The notes: generated from the sequence alone by a model not told the origin. Shown: positions 48,969 through 59,545, counted from the first letter of the stretch. The stretch: 64,000 nucleotides of DNA from an uncultured Alphaproteobacteria bacterium (GCA_963709765.1 CAVPXL010000001.1:33558-97557); one strand, 5' to 3'. Translations and numbers: made by a program.

Positions 48969-49000
48969 CGGTTTCTCCTCCTCCAGAAAAGTCGTTCGGT

Positions 49001-49204
49001 TCAGTCGGCTGGCCGGTCGAGCCGCGCGGCCTCCAGCGCCTCGCGCAGCACTGCGCGGTCGCCCACATGATTGCACAGGATCAGCACCAGCCGCGCATTC
49101 AGCGCGTCGCTCTCCGCCGTGGTCAGCCCGTCATGGGCGGCCAGCAACTCGGCGTAGAAATCGTCCGGCGCGTCGATATTGGGGGTCAGGGTGAGCTGGC
49201 TCAT
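49001..49204 (-). CDS. DUF2783-like small protein (67 aa), candidate coupling subunit of the adjacent monooxygenase
   Basis: The product is MSQLTLTPNIDAPDDFYAELLAAHDGLTTAESDALNARLVLILCNHVGDRAVLREALEAA.... Its ATG 49204 forms an ATGA overlap with the restored monooxygenase stop at 49203..49201. In the ORF track it is hidden in the tail of ORF 49001..50824. Confidence 0.6.
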   Translation of the reverse strand: MSQLTLTPNIDAPDDFYAELLAAHDGLTTAESDALNARLVLILCNHVGDRAVLREALEAARLDRPAD

Positions 49205-50824
49205 TCTTGGATCTCCCGTCCGCAGGCGCGGCCCAGCGCGGCGCGCATGGCGGCCTCGTCGAAGGTTTCGAAACCGTGCGGCGACATGCTGGTCGGGCCG
49301 GATCAGGTAGACCGCGCCCGCGGCCTCCCCCAGATACCGCTCCTTCAGGTAGCCGGTCGCGTCGTCGGCCGCCGAGAGGGCCAGGCGTGTGGCGGTAACG
49401 CCGTCCGTTTCGACCTGCTCGGGCGCGTCGGCGTCGATCGTCAGGATCGTGAAGCCGCGGCCCAGACGCTGCAGCAGAAATCCGTCCCCGACCGGCGCAT
49501 CCGGGCAGGGCGAGCCCGGCCGCGTCCGGGCGGGACCGCCGCGCAGCCCATCCTCCGAATTGAGCGGAGAGCCGTCATAGGTGCAGGGCACCGAGAGGCG
49601 CCCCGAATTGACCAGCGGCCGGGCAAACGCGTGATGCTCCGCGAGGTCGAGCACCGCGTTTCGGAAGGTGCGGCTCATGTCCGTCTTGGGCGTGATGAAG
49701 TCGGTCGAGCGCGACGAGTTCAGGATGTTCTCCTCCGCCCCGTGGACACGCTCCATGTCGTAGCTGTCGAGCAGCGTCTCGGGCGCCTTGCCTTCCATCA
49801 CGAGCTTCAGCTTCCAGATCAGGTTGTCGGTGTCCTGCAGGCCGCTGTTGGCGCCGCGCGCGCCGAACGGGCTGACCTGGTGCGCGGCATCGCCGGCGAA
49901 GAGGACTCGTCCGTGCCGGAACTTTTCCATCCGACGGCACTGGAAGGTGTAGATCGACACCCATTCGAGCTCGAAGTCCACGTCCTCGCCCAGCATCGCC
50001 TTGAGCCGCGGGATCACGCGCTCGGGCTGCTTCTCGGCCTCCTTGTCGATGTCCCAGCCGAGCTGCAGGTCGATCCGCCAGACGCCGTCGGGCTGCTTGT
50101 GCAGCAGCGCCGACTGGCCGCGGTTGAACGGCGGGTCGAACCAGAACCAGCGCTCGGTCGGGAAGTCGGCGTCCATCACCACGTCGGCGATGAGGAAGTT
50201 GTCCTCGAAGACGCGACCCACGAAATCGAGCCCCATCATCCGCCGGATCGGCGAGCCCGCGCCGTCGCAGGCGATCAGCCAGTCGGCCTCGACGACGTAT
50301 TCGCCTTCGACCGTCTCGACACGCACGGAGACGCGGTCGCCGAGATCCTCCGTCGCCAGCACCTTGTTGCCGCCACGGATCTCGATCTTCGCGCCCTGCG
50401 CCTGCAGCTCGCGGACGCGGCGGACCAGCCCTTCCTCGAAATAGTATTGCTGCAGGTTGATGAAGGCGGGGAACTGGTGCCCCTCTTCGGGCAGCAGGTT
50501 GAAGTCGTAGACCTTGCGGGTATCGAAGAAGACCTTGCCGAGGTTCCACTTCACGCCCTTGTCGACCATCGGCCTGCCGCAGCCCAGCCGGTCGAGGATC
50601 TCGAGCGGGCGCTTGGCATAGCAGACCGCGCGCGAGCCGAAGCTGACCTTGTCGTTGTCGTCGAGCACGACGACCTCGACCCCCTGCTGGGCCAGGTCGA
50701 TCGCCGCGGCGAGGCCGACCGGCCCTGCGCCCACGACCACCGCCGAATGCCGCACCGGCGTCTCGGCCCCCTGGTCCGGCGACCTTGTATAGGCGTAAAG
50801 CGGCACTTCGAAGATCTTGTTCAT
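49201..50824 (-). pseudogene. FAD-dependent aromatic-ring monooxygenase (MhpA / 3-hydroxyphenylacetate-hydroxylase-like) with one frame break near the 3' end
   Basis: Motifs seen: GxGxxG (VVVGAGPVGLAAA), DG (ACDGAGS) and GD (FAGDAAHQVSPFGARGANSG). After ...RPDQHVAARFRN, the natural tail FDEAAMRAALGRACGREIQE* lies one base out of frame, with the extra base at about 49264. Confidence 0.8.
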
Positions 50825-50857
50825 GTGGCTCCCCCCTTGGCCCCAAGCTGTCGACCG

Positions 50858-51810
50858 TCAGTCCTGCAGCGCCGTCCACATCTCGCGGTCACGCTCGGCG
50901 GTCCAGACGCGCGGCGTGTCGATGCCGCGGGCCTCGTCGTAGGCGCGGGCCACGTTGAACGGCAGGCAATGCTCGTAGATGGCGAAATCGGCGAATTTCG
51001 GGTCGCATTCGGCGCGCACGGCGTCCCACGCCTCCTTGAGCGTGCCGCCGCGCCCGACCACCTTCTGCACCGGCTTGTAGGTGGAGCGCACGAAGTCGGC
51101 GGTGCTGGCGATGGCCTTGCCGACCATCTCGTCGCCCGACCAGCGCGTCGCCACGCCCCGGCGCGATGGCCTGGGGCTCGAACGCGGCGATGTTGGCGAG
51201 CGTTTCTTCCCAGTCGCCGAAATGGCCGTCGCCGCAATAGCAGGCCGAGTGGTATTCCACGATGTCGCCGGTGAACATGACCTCCTGGTCGGGCACCCAG
51301 ATCACCGCATCGCCCGACGTGTGGGCGCGGCCCAGATGCATGATGTCCACCCGGCGATTGCCGAGATAGACCGTCATCGCGTCGGAGAAGGTCGTCGTGG
51401 GCCAGGTCAGGCCCGGGATCTCCTCGTGGCCCTGAAAGAGCCGGGGGAAGCGGGCGAACTCGCTGTCCCAGTCCTCCTGCCCGCGCTCGGCGACCATGCT
51501 GCGCGCGCCGTCGGACATGATGATCTCGCGCGCGCCGTAGGCCGAGGCGCCGAGCACCCGCACCGCGTGGTAATGCGTCAGCACCAGATGCGAGATCGGC
51601 TTTTCGGTCACCGAGCGCACGCATTCGATCACCTTGCGGGCCAGCCGCGGGGTCGCCTGCGCCTCGACGATCATCACGCTCTCGTCGCCGATGATGACGC
51701 CGGTATTCGGGATCGCCCTCGGCGGTGAAGGCGTAGAGCCCCTCGCCCACTTCGGTGAAGCTCGTCTTCTTTTCCGCCATGTCTCCGGCGGATGCGAATG
51801 CCTTGGTCAT
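50858..51810 (-). pseudogene. MBL-fold metallo-hydrolase with two frame breaks
   Basis: Three consecutive pieces lie in three frames: ORF 50821..51810 (MTKAF...AFTAEGDP), ORF 50889..51677 (...VIIGDESVMIVEAQ...LTHYHAVR... HTSGD...APGRGDAL) and ORF 50858..51154 (...DEMVGKAIASTADFV...). The switches are near 51710 and 51136. The metal motif is the variant THYHAVR. Confidence 0.7.
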
Positions 51811-51819
51811 CTGTTTTCC

Positions 51820-53061
51820 TTACTCCTTGGCCCAGTCGGGCAGATCGGCGGCGGGCAGGACCTGCCCCGTGCAGGCGCCGAAGCCGACGCGGTAGCCGTC
51901 ACCTGTCGCCGCCCCCCGCAGGGTCAGCGTGTCGTTGTCCTCGATGAAGCTGCGCGTGGTCGCCGTCGCCGAGCGTCGATCGGCTCCTTGCCGCCCCAGC
52001 TCAGTTCCAGAAGCGAGCCGCGCGCCTCCCGCTCGGGCCCCGAGATCGTGCCGGAGCCCAGCAGGTCGCCCACCCGCATCGGGCAGCCCGACGGTGGTGT
52101 GATGCGCCAGTTGCTGCGCGGCGGAATAATACATCTCGCGGTAGCTGGTCCGGGCCAGCACCGTCTCGGCGCTACCCTCGGGCGTCAGGCCGACCTCCAA
52201 CGCGATGTCGTAAAGCCCCGGCTGCGGCTCGCGCAGATAGGGCAGAAGCGGCCGCTCGCGCTCGGGCGTGGAGACGCGGAACGGCTCCAGCGCGGCCTTC
52301 GTCACGATCCACGGGCTGATCGTCGTCGCCGTGGCCTTGGCCTGGAACGGCCCGAGCGGCTGGTATTCCCACGCCTGGATGTCGCGCGCCGACCAGTCGT
52401 TGAGCAGGACGTAGCCGAAGATCATCTCCTCGGCCTCGGCCACCGAGACCATGCCCTCGGACGGCTGGCCGACGATGGCGCCCATCTCCAGCTCGATGTC
52501 GAAGCGCGCCGACGGCGCCAAACGCGGCAGCTCGTCCTGCGGACCCTTCACCTGCCCCCAGGGCCGGCGCACCGGCGTGCCCGACACGACCACCGAGGAG
52601 GCGCGGCCGTTGTAGCCGATGGGGATCGACAGCCAGTTCGGCGGCAGCGCGTTCTCGGCCCCGCGGAACATCGTGCCCACATTCGTCGCGTGGTGCTTGC
52701 CGGCGTAGAAGTCGGTGTATTCGCTGACCCGGAACGGCATCAGCAGCCGCGCCTTGTCCATCGGAACCAGATGCGGCTCCACCGCTGCGCGGCGGCCCTC
52801 GTCGGAGAGCGCATCGGTCAGCGCCGCGCGCAGATCGGACCAGACCGACGCCCCGGCCGCCATCACCGCGTTCCACGCGGGCTCGGCGAAAAGCGAACCG
52901 TCGATGCCCAGATCCACCTCGCGCACGTCGAGGATCATGTCCCCGATCGCCACGCCGCAACGCGCACCGCGGCCGTCGTCGAAGACGCCACAGGGCAGGT
53001 TCTGGAGCGGGAAATCGGTGTCGCCGTTGGCCGATGCGACCCAGCTTTGCGCGATGCTCAT
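51820..53061 (-). pseudogene. fahA: Fumarylacetoacetase with at least 2 frame breaks near the 3' end
   Basis: ATG 53061 ([27 protein letters not shown]...) forms an ATGA overlap with the hmgA stop. The conserved segment [37 protein letters not shown] lies out of frame between about 52088 and about 51970. The tail [15 protein letters not shown]...[12 protein letters not shown] returns to the first frame. Confidence 0.8.
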
Positions 53062-54423
53062 TTTACCCCCGGTGTGCCGTCGAACTTCTTTTCCAGGCTC
53101 GCCCAGCAATCGATGTAGTCGTCCTGCAACGGCGCCTCGTTGGCGGCGAAGGCGGTCAGGTGCTGCGGGAACCGCGTCTCGAACATGAACGACATGGTGT
53201 TGTCGAGCTTGTGCGGCTTCAGCTCGCGCGTTCGACGCGCCCTCGAACGCCTCGCGGTCGGGCCCGTGCGGCAGCATCATGTTGTGCAGGCTCATGCCGC
53301 CCGGCACGAAGCCCTGCGGCTTGGCGTCGTACTGCCCGTGGATGTTGCCCATCAGCTCGGACATGACGTTCTTGTGGTACCAGGGCGGGCGGAACGTGTC
53401 CTCGGCGACCATCCAGCGCTCGCGGAACAGCACGAAATCGATGTTCGCCGTCCCCTCCACGCCCGAGGCGGCCGTCAGCACGGTGAAGATCGACGGGTCG
53501 GGATGGTCGAAAAGGATCGAACCGACCGGGCAATAGGTCCGCAGATCGTATTTCACCGGCGCGTAGTTGCCGTGCCATGCCACGACGTCGAGCGGGCTGT
53601 GGCCGATTTCGGTCCGGTGGAACTGGCCGCACCACTTGACCGTCACCGTCGAGGGCGCGTCACGGTCTTCGAACGCGGCCACCGGCGACTTGAAGTCGCG
53701 CCGGTTGGCCATGCAGTTGGCGCCGATCGGGCCACGGCCCGGCAGCATGAACTTCTGGCCGTAGTTCTCGCAGACGAAACCGCGCGCCGGCCCCTCCAGC
53801 ACCTCGACCCGGTAGACGAGGCCGCGCGGGATCACCGCGATCTCCTGCGGCTCGAGGTCGATGATGCCCGAGCTCGGTGCAGAAGCGCAGCCGCCCCTCC
53901 TGCGGGACGACCAGCAGCTCGCTGTCGGCGGAGAAGAAATACTGCGTCCTCCATGGAGCGCGGTCACCAGATAGATATGGCTCGCCATCCCGACCTGGGT
54001 GTTGACGTCGCCCGCCGTGGTCATCGTGCGCATGCCGGTCAGCCAGTCGAGCGGCGCGTCGCCCTGCGGAACCGGGTCCCAGCGGTACTGGCCGAGCGAG
54101 ATCACGTCCGGGTCGACATGCGGCGCCGACTTCCAGTAGGGCAGGTCGATCTTCGCGAAGCGGTGGGTGTGCTTCACCGAGGGGCGGATGCGGTAGCACC
54201 AGGTCCGCTCGTTCTGGTGGCTCGGCGCGGTGAAGGCGGTGCCCGAGAGCTGCTCGCCATAGAGGCCGTAATTGCATTTCTGCGGGCTGTTCATGCCCTG
54301 CGGCAGCGCGCCGGGCAGCGCCTCGGTCTCGAAATCGTTGCCGAAACCGGGCATGTAGCCCTCGATCGTGCCGGTCGTGTCGGTCGCGCGAACCATGCCG
54401 CGCGGAAGCTCGTGACGGGTCAT
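53058..54423 (-). pseudogene. hmgA: Homogentisate 1,2-dioxygenase with about 4 frame breaks
   Basis: ATG 54423 ([10 protein letters not shown]...[46 protein letters not shown]). The conserved [31 protein letters not shown] is split over two other frames, with switches near 53960, 53938 and 53868. The C-terminus [21 protein letters not shown]...GTPGVK* is out of frame from about 53227. Confidence 0.85.
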
Positions 54424-54486
54424 GCCGCTCTCTCCCTGCCTGAGGCGAACTCCTGCCCGCCCCCAGATTCGAGTTGCGCACACAAT

Positions 54487-54504
54487 TCGTTGCATCCGCA
54501 ACAG
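54487..54504. promoter_or_regulatory. 7-4-7 palindromic operator-like site (TCGTTGC-atcc-GCAACAG)
   Basis: It lies in the hmgA/marR divergent intergenic region. It shares the 11-mer ATTCGTTGCAT (54485..54495) with 45429..45439, and shares its architecture with 45373..45390. Confidence 0.4.
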
Positions 54505-54559
54505 TGTCAAGGTAGTTGTTGCAGATGATACGAATTCAGGCGCGCCGGGGAGATATTCG

Positions 54560-55017
54560 ATGGATGCAGATGGCACTGACCCTGTGGCGCTACCGGCATT
54601 CGATCTTGACGATTTCATTCCTTATCGGCTGTCGGTCGCCGCAGAGCGGGTTAGCGCTGCACTGTCGCGGCGCTACCGGGCCGCTACGGCCTGTCGACGG
54701 CCGAGTGGCGCGTGCTCGTCCATCTCGCCCAGTCCGGCGCGGTTTCGGTCCGCGACATCGAGCGCCGGGTCAGCCTCGAGAAATATCAGGTCAGCCGCGC
54801 CGCCGCCCGGCTGGAAATGGCAGGCTACATCGCCAAGGCGGCGAATGCGGGCGACAAACGGCTGGTGGCGCTGTCGCTCACGCTAGTCGGACGGCGCTTG
54901 ATGGCCGAGCTTCTGCCGCTGGCCCTCGCCTACCAGAGACGCCTGGAGGACCGGCTCGCGCCCCACCTCGCTGCGTTCGAAGCGGCGCTCGACCTGCTGA
55001 TGGAGGCTCCCGAATGA
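54560..55017 (+). pseudogene. MarR-family regulator (paralogue of 44848..45342) with one frame break
   Basis: [40 protein letters not shown] lies in the frame of ORF 54422..54886. YGLSTAEWRVLVHLAQSGAVSVRDIERRVSLEKYQVSRAAARLEMAGYI... lies in the frame of ORF 54712..55017. The switch is near 54682. Confidence 0.7.
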
Positions 55018-55650
55018 TCCGACTCTTTGATTACTGGCGGTCCTCGGCCAGCTACCGCGTCCGCATCGCGCTGAGGTCTCGCGGGCCTCGAGTGGGAAAC
55101 CGTGTCGGTGGACCTGCTCGCCGGCGAAAATCGCAGCGCCGAACACCTGGCGCGCAACCCCCAGGGGCTGGTGCCGGTTCTCGACATCGACGGCGCGCGG
55201 CTCACGCAATCACTGGCGATCTGCGAATACCTTGACGATACGCGAAGCCTTGGCCTTTTGCCCGACGATCCGATCGGGCGGGCAGAGGTGCGGGCGCTTG
55301 CTCATGCGATCGCCATGGAAATCCATCCGGTCTGCAATCTGGGCGTCGCACGGCATGCCGTAGACGCCTCCGGCGGGAAGATCGCGATCGGCGACTGGAT
55401 GCGCCATTTCATCGCCCCCCGCCTTGCCGCCTTGGAAACCATGCTGGACGACGGCGACCGGTGCCACGGACAGGGAGTGACGTTGGCCGACCTCTGTCTG
55501 GTCCCGCAGCTCTACAACGCTCGGCGCTGGGAGGTGGACCTTGGTCCGCTGCCAAAGATCAAGTGCATCGACGCGGCCCTTGCCACGATTCCGGGCTTCG
55601 CCGCCGCGCATCCCGATCTCGTCCGACCGCCGCGCCCGGAGACCGCCTGA
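55014..55650 (+). pseudogene. maiA: Maleylacetoacetate isomerase (zeta-class GST) with one frame break
   Basis: ATG 55014 overlaps the marR stop (ATGA). MIRLFDYWRSSASYRVRIAL is followed by ...LAGLEWETVSVDLLAGENRSAEHLARNPQGLVPVL... in ORF 55102..55650. The switch is near 55077. Confidence 0.75.
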
Positions 55651-55822
55651 AGCCGCCCCGCCGGCATGGCGGGAACCTCCGACGTGCCTCGCGCCCGTCG
55701 ATGTCGTCCGGCCATCGACCGGCTGCGCGCCGGGCGCAAGGAAGAGCGGTCATGCGATCCGTCAATGCAAAGATCATTTTTCGATTTGCGCCGGCGCGGC
55801 GGCCCGCCCATGCTCCTGTCCG

Positions 55823-56876
55823 ATGACAGATACAAACTCCGCCGATATTCGATGGTCACAACGACACGCTGACCCGCCTGCTGACGGACCCCGACCGCGA
55901 CTTCTCTGCCGATGGTCCGGGGCAGCTCGATCTGCCGAAGGCGCAGGCGGGCGGCTTCGGGGGCGGCCTCTTCGCGATCTGGGTCCGCTCCCGGGAGGCC
56001 GAGCCCGACCGTGACCGCCAGATGCAGGCGTCGGACTACGCCCTGCCCCTGTCGAAATCCGTCGAGCGCACCGCCGCGCTCGACACGGTTCTGGCCGAAG
56101 CGGCGATGCTCCTCCGGTTGCAGTCGCGCGGCCTGCTCCGGATCTGCACCGACACCGCCGCCATTCGTACCTGTTTCGACGAGGGGCACATGGCCGCAGT
56201 CATGCATCTCGAAGGCGCCGAAGCGATCGACCGCGATCTCCACGCGCTCGACGTGCTTCACGGCGCCGGCCTGCGCTCGCTCGGCCCGGTCTGGAGCCGC
56301 CCGACGATCTTCGGCGAGGGCGTGCCCTTCCGGTTTCCGTCCTCGCCCGACATCGGAGCCGGACTGAGCGAGGATGGCGAGCGGCTGGTCCGGCGCTGCA
56401 ACAAGCTCGGCATCCTCGTGGACCTGTCGCATCTCAACGAAGCGGGGTTCTGGGACGTTGCGCGCCTGAGCGACGCGCCGCTCGTGGCGAGCCATTCGAA
56501 CGCCCACGCTCTCTGTCCCCATGCCCGAAATCTGACCGACAGGCAGCTCGCGGCGATCGGCGAAAGCGGAGGTCTCGTGGGCGTGAATTTTGCAGTGGCC
56601 TTCCTGCGCGAAGATGGACGTATGCTCGACGACGTGCCGCTTGAAAAGATTCTGCGCCATCTCGATCACCTGATGGAGATCCTGGGCGAGGATGGCGTGG
56701 GCTTCGGCTCGGATTTCGATGGCGCGACGGTGCCGCGCGACTTGCGCAACGCCGCGGGCCTGCCAAAGCTGCGGGATGCGATGCGGGCGCATGGCTACGA
56801 CGCGCCGCTGATGGAAAAGATCTGTTACGGGAACTGGCTGCGCGTGCTTGGCCGGACCTGGCGGCAAAAAGAATGA
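55823..56876 (+). pseudogene. Membrane dipeptidase (peptidase family M19) with one frame break just after the start
   Basis: The frame of ORF 56022..56876 stays open upstream to 55827 and encodes ...PPIFDGHNDTLTRLL...GQLDLPKAQAGGFGGGLFAIW.... The only start (ATG 55823, MTDT) is one base out of frame, and the A-run 55834-55836 looks one base short. Confidence 0.75.
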
Positions 56877-56894
56877 ACAACGGGGAGAAATGAC

Positions 56895-58490
56895 ATGAAA
56901 CTGACACGACGCCTTATGATGAGCACGGCGACGGCCCTTGCTTTCGCCACAACCCTGCCGGCCATGGCCGAGACGCCATCGGACATGCTGGTGATCGCCA
57001 ACCGGATCGACGACATCACGACTCTCGACCCGGCGCAGAGCTTCGAGTTCGCGGGCGCGGACGTGATCCGCAACGTCTATGGCAAGCTGGTCAACTTCGA
57101 CCCAACCGATCTCGACGCCGGCTACCAGCCCGACATCGCCGAGAGCTGGGAGGTGAGCGAGGACGGCAAGACCATCACCTTCACCATCCGTGATGGCATG
57201 ACCTTCCATTCGGGCAACCCGGTCCGGGCCGAGGACGCCGCATGGTCGCTGCAGCGCGCGGTCAAGCTCAACAAGACTCCGTCCTTCATCCTGACGCAGT
57301 TCGGCTTCACGCCGGAGAACGTCGAGGAAATGATCGTGGCGGACGGCAACACCGTCAGCATCACGACCGACCAGAAATACGCGACCTCGTTCGTGCTCAA
57401 CTGCCTGACCGCCACCATCGGCGCCATCATCGACAAGGCGACGGTGATGGCCAAGGAGGTCGACGGCGACATGGGCAACGAATGGCTGAAGACCAATTCA
57501 GCCGGCTCCTACGCCTACAAGGTCGTGGGCTGGAAGCCGTCGGAAAGCGTCACGCTGGAATCCTTCGAAGACTTCTACAAGGGCGCCCCGGCGATGAAGC
57601 GCGTGGTGGTTCAGCACATCCAGGAGAGCGCGACCCAACGCCTGCTGCTGGAACGCGGCGACGTCGATGCGGCGCGCAACCTCAATCCCGAGGACATCGC
57701 CGGTATCGCGGACGCCGAGGGGATCGTCGTCGACGACATCCTGCGGGGCCGGATCATGTACCTCGCCCTGAATCAGGGCGTCGAGCCGCTCGCCAATCCC
57801 AAGGTCATCGAGGCGATGAAGTACCTCATAGACTACGAGGGAATGCAGAACTCGTTCCTGAAGGGGCAGTACCGTATCCATCAGAACTTCCTGCCCGCGA
57901 CCTATCTCGGTGCGGTCGACGAGAACCCCTACTCGCTCGACATCGAGAAGGCGAAGGGTTTGCTCGAGGAGGCCGGCGTCCTGCCTCTGACCGTCGAGAT
58001 CGGCGTGCGCGAGGCGCAGGACCGGATCGAGGTCGCGCAATCGCTTCAGAACACCTTCGGACAGGCGGGGGTCACGCTGGAGATCACGGTCGGCACGGGC
58101 CAGCAGATCCTGACGCGGTACAGGGCGCGGGAACTCGAGATGTCGCTCGAGGCATGGGGGCCGGACTACCCGGATCCGCAAACCAACGCCGGCACCTTCG
58201 CCTACAATCCCGACAATTCCTTCGAGGCGCAAAACACCGGCATCCTTGCCTGGCGGATCGCGTGGGATCCCGAGGAGCTTGGTGATCAGAGCGCCGCCGC
58301 TGTGACCGAGACCGACACCGACAAGCGGCGTCAGATGTACGAGGACATCCAGGCGGAGTTCCGCGCGCGAGCGCCGTTCATCCCGATGTTCCAGCAGATC
58401 GAACAGCTGGCGCGCAAGGAGGAGGTGAAGAACCTGACCCTCGGCCGCGCCATCACGGCAGCCGCTTACTGGCCCGTGGTCAAGGAGTGA
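56895..58490 (+). CDS. ABC transporter substrate-binding protein, peptide/nickel (family 5) type
   Basis: ORF track. The signal peptide is MKLTRRLMMSTATALAFATTLPAMA. Confidence 0.85.
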   Translation: MKLTRRLMMSTATALAFATTLPAMAETPSDMLVIANRIDDITTLDPAQSFEFAGADVIRNVYGKLVNFDPTDLDAGYQPDIAESWEVSEDGKTITFTIRDGMTFHSGNPVRAEDAAWSLQRAVKLNKTPSFILTQFGFTPENVEEMIVADGNTVSITTDQKYATSFVLNCLTATIGAIIDKATVMAKEVDGDMGNEWLKTNSAGSYAYKVVGWKPSESVTLESFEDFYKGAPAMKRVVVQHIQESATQRLLLERGDVDAARNLNPEDIAGIADAEGIVVDDILRGRIMYLALNQGVEPLANPKVIEAMKYLIDYEGMQNSFLKGQYRIHQNFLPATYLGAVDENPYSLDIEKAKGLLEEAGVLPLTVEIGVREAQDRIEVAQSLQNTFGQAGVTLEITVGTGQQILTRYRARELEMSLEAWGPDYPDPQTNAGTFAYNPDNSFEAQNTGILAWRIAWDPEELGDQSAAAVTETDTDKRRQMYEDIQAEFRARAPFIPMFQQIEQLARKEEVKNLTLGRAITAAAYWPVVKE

Positions 58491-59545
58491 CGGCAACGCC
58501 CGATCAAGGGGAGGCGCGGCATCCGTCGCGCCTTCTTTCCGTGGCCGGCAAGGTGGCACGAACCCTCCTGCAGATCGCGGTAACGATGCTGGGCCTGCTT
58601 TTCGTGACGTTCGTGATCGGGCGCGTCATGCCGATCGACCCGGTGATCGCCGTCGTCGGCGAGCGCGCCACGGCCGAACAATATCAGGCGGTCTACGAGT
58701 CGATGGGCCTCGACCACCCGCTCTTCGTCCAGTTCGCCTACTACATCTGGGACGTCGTGCGCGGCGATTTCGGCACGTCGCTGCTGAATGCGCGCCCCGT
58801 TTCTCAGGACATCGCCCGGGTTTTTCCGGCCACGCTGGAACTTGCCTCCCTGGGGACGATCATGGGGGTTGTCGTCGGCGTGCCGCTGGGCGTGATCGCC
58901 GCGATCCGGCGGGGAAGCTGGATCGACCAGATCGCGCGGGTGGTCGCGCTCGTCGGCTATTCGATGCCGATCTTCTGGCTCGGCCTGATGGGCCTGCTCA
59001 TTTTCTACGGCATCCTGGGCTGGGTCGGCGGACCGGGACGGGTCGGCATCTTCTATGTCGACGTGGTGCCGAGCGTCACCGGGATGATCCTGATCGACAG
59101 CATCCTCGACGGGAACTGGACCGTCTTTCGCGACGCGCTGAGCCACATCGTCCTGCCGGCATCGCTGCTGGGCTATTACAGCCTGGCCTACATCAGCCGC
59201 ATGACGCGGAGCTTCATGCTGGAGCAGCTCAGTTCGGAATATGTCACGACCGCCCGCGTGAAGGGCCTGAGCGAGTGGCACGTCATCTGGCGCCACGCGT
59301 TCGGCAACATCCGGGTGCAGCTCATCACCGTGATCGCGCTCAGCTATGCGGGCCTGCTGGAAGGGTCGGTTCTGACCGAGATCATCTTCGCCTGGCCCGG
59401 CATCGGGAGCTACATTACCACGGCGCTCCTTTCGGCGGACATGAACGCGGTTCTGGGCGGGACCGTGGTCGTCGGTCTCGTCTTCGTCTGCCTCAACGTC
59501 TTCTCCGACCTTCTCTACAAGTTCTTCGATCCGAGGGCCGAATGA
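58487..59545 (+). CDS. ABC transporter permease (DppB/OppB-like)
   Basis: ORF track. The GTG start forms a GTGA overlap with the upstream stop. The start position is uncertain. Confidence 0.8.
   Translation: MTATPDQGEARHPSRLLSVAGKVARTLLQIAVTMLGLLFVTFVIGRVMPIDPVIAVVGERATAEQYQAVYESMGLDHPLFVQFAYYIWDVVRGDFGTSLLNARPVSQDIARVFPATLELASLGTIMGVVVGVPLGVIAAIRRGSWIDQIARVVALVGYSMPIFWLGLMGLLIFYGILGWVGGPGRVGIFYVDVVPSVTGMILIDSILDGNWTVFRDALSHIVLPASLLGYYSLAYISRMTRSFMLEQLSSEYVTTARVKGLSEWHVIWRHAFGNIRVQLITVIALSYAGLLEGSVLTEIIFAWPGIGSYITTALLSADMNAVLGGTVVVGLVFVCLNVFSDLLYKFFDPRAE

Noticed and set aside
51820-54618. A 932-aa ORF that looks like a homogentisate dioxygenase-fumarylacetoacetase fusion protein.
   Set aside because: Conserved HGD and FAH segments lie in other frames in the middle and at the junction. 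With the frame breaks repaired, hmgA ends in a TGA that overlaps the fahA ATG at 53061. These are two genes, not a fusion.
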